A DNA stretch of 15,547 bases, taken from IMG/VR virus record IMGVR_UViG_2648501392_000008; one strand, 5' to 3'. Source of the stretch: a virus (taxonomy: Duplodnaviria > Heunggongvirae > Uroviricota > Caudoviricetes). Below the pieces are notes generated by a model. It had not been told where the DNA came from, did not search any database, and saw nothing but the letters and a program-made list of their open reading frames with translations. The position numbers and the translations under genes are program-made. This document shows positions 14,745 to 15,547 of this stretch, in pieces. Every line of letters starts with the position of its first letter. Positions within the stretch are counted from its first letter, which is position 1.

Positions 14745-15547
14745 ATGGTATTTAAACACTACGATGTGGTCAGGGCGGCGTCGCCGTCAGACCTTGCGGA
14801 AAAGCTGACACACAAACTGAAAGAGGGCTGGCAGCCATATGGCGGACCGGTTGCCATTACGCCGTACACACTGATGCAGGCGGTGGCTATTGAAGGAGAG
14901 CCACAGGTCGGCCCTTCATCTGAGCCGGACTGGTTCTACGTGGTTGTGCTTGCCGGACAGTCCAACGGCATGGCCTACGGTGAAGGGCTTCCGTTACCGG
15001 ATTCTTACGATGCTCCGGATCCGCGCATTAAACAGCTGGCGCGCCGCAGCACGGTAACTCCGGGTGGAGAGAGTTGTACGTATAACGACATCATCCCGGC
15101 TGACCACTGCCTGCATGATGTGCAGGATATGAGTACGCTGAATCATCCGAAGGCAGACCTGAGCAAAGGGCAGTACGGCTGTGTCGGCCAGGGCTTACAT
15201 ATTGCCAAAAAACTGCTTCCGTATATCCCGAATAACGCGGGGATCCTGCTGGTACCATGCTGTCGTGGTGGTTCGGCATTCACCCAGGGCGCGGAGGGGA
15301 CATTCAGTGCGGACACGGGGGCCAGCCAGGATTCGGCACGCTGGGGTGTGGGTAAACCGTTATATCAGGACCTGATTGCGCGCACTAAAGCTGCATTACA
15401 GAAGAACCCGAAAAATGTGTTGCTGGCGGTGTGCTGGATGCAGGGAGAGTTTGACATGAGCGCCGCCACCCACGCACAGCAACCTGCGCTGTTTACAGCC
15501 ATGCTGACACAGTTTCGTGCTGACCTCTCCGTGTTTAACGCGCAGTG
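14745..15547 (+). CDS. nanS: Prophage sialate O-acetylesterase NanS-p-like protein (DUF1737 N-terminus plus SASA/SGNH esterase), 5' part only; continues beyond the window end
   Basis: Translated by hand from ATG 14745: MVFKHYDVVRAASPSDLAEKLTHKLKEGWQPYGGPVAIT...WFYVVVLAGQSNGMAYGEGLPLPDSYD... contains the GQSN esterase motif and the NanS/YjhS-like context seen downstream of stx in Stx phages. Not in the ORF track because there is no stop inside the window. Confidence 0.75.
   Translation, partial: MVFKHYDVVRAASPSDLAEKLTHKLKEGWQPYGGPVAITPYTLMQAVAIEGEPQVGPSSEPDWFYVVVLAGQSNGMAYGEGLPLPDSYDAPDPRIKQLARRSTVTPGGESCTYNDIIPADHCLHDVQDMSTLNHPKADLSKGQYGCVGQGLHIAKKLLPYIPNNAGILLVPCCRGGSAFTQGAEGTFSADTGASQDSARWGVGKPLYQDLIARTKAALQKNPKNVLLAVCWMQGEFDMSAATHAQQPALFTAMLTQFRADLSVFNAQ

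Larger units (their letters stand above)
1..15547. mobile_element. Lambdoid prophage segment (early-left genes, immunity region, replication, nin-like region, Q antiterminator, post-Q cargo, start of late region)
   Basis: Gene order and content: cI-like repressor divergent from a Cro-like gene with operator repeats, O-like replication gene with iterons, Dam methyltransferase, RusA, KilA-N, DUF968, Q antiterminator, nanS-p-like gene. Inferred from translated ORFs; no database search run. Confidence 0.85.

Overview
This window reads as the central part of a lambdoid (enterobacterial, E. coli-like) prophage, called by eye from the sequence and the ORF track with no database search. Left to right: a leftward early operon on the minus strand (Ea22-like partial ORF, two small hypotheticals, an HD-domain hydrolase, a frameshifted rdgC-like gene); an immunity region with a cI-like repressor flanked by repeated 16-17 bp operator-like sites and a Cro/YdaS-like gene; then a tightly coupled rightward operon (YdaT/CII-like, Rha-domain protein, replication initiator with in-gene iterons, Dam-type methyltransferase, LexA-DNA-binding-domain-only protein, RusA, KilA-N protein, DUF968, QuuD-type Q antiterminator). 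The most interesting part is the cargo between Q and a partial nanS-p-like esterase, i.e. the slot where Stx phages carry stx: an AT-rich, uncharacterised 205-aa protein with a WYL-like N-terminus, a terminator-isolated small HTH gene, a second (YhdJ-like) DNA methyltransferase, and about 1.2 kb of AT-rich sequence with no convincing ORF. No rRNA, tRNA, CRISPR array or IS element was found.
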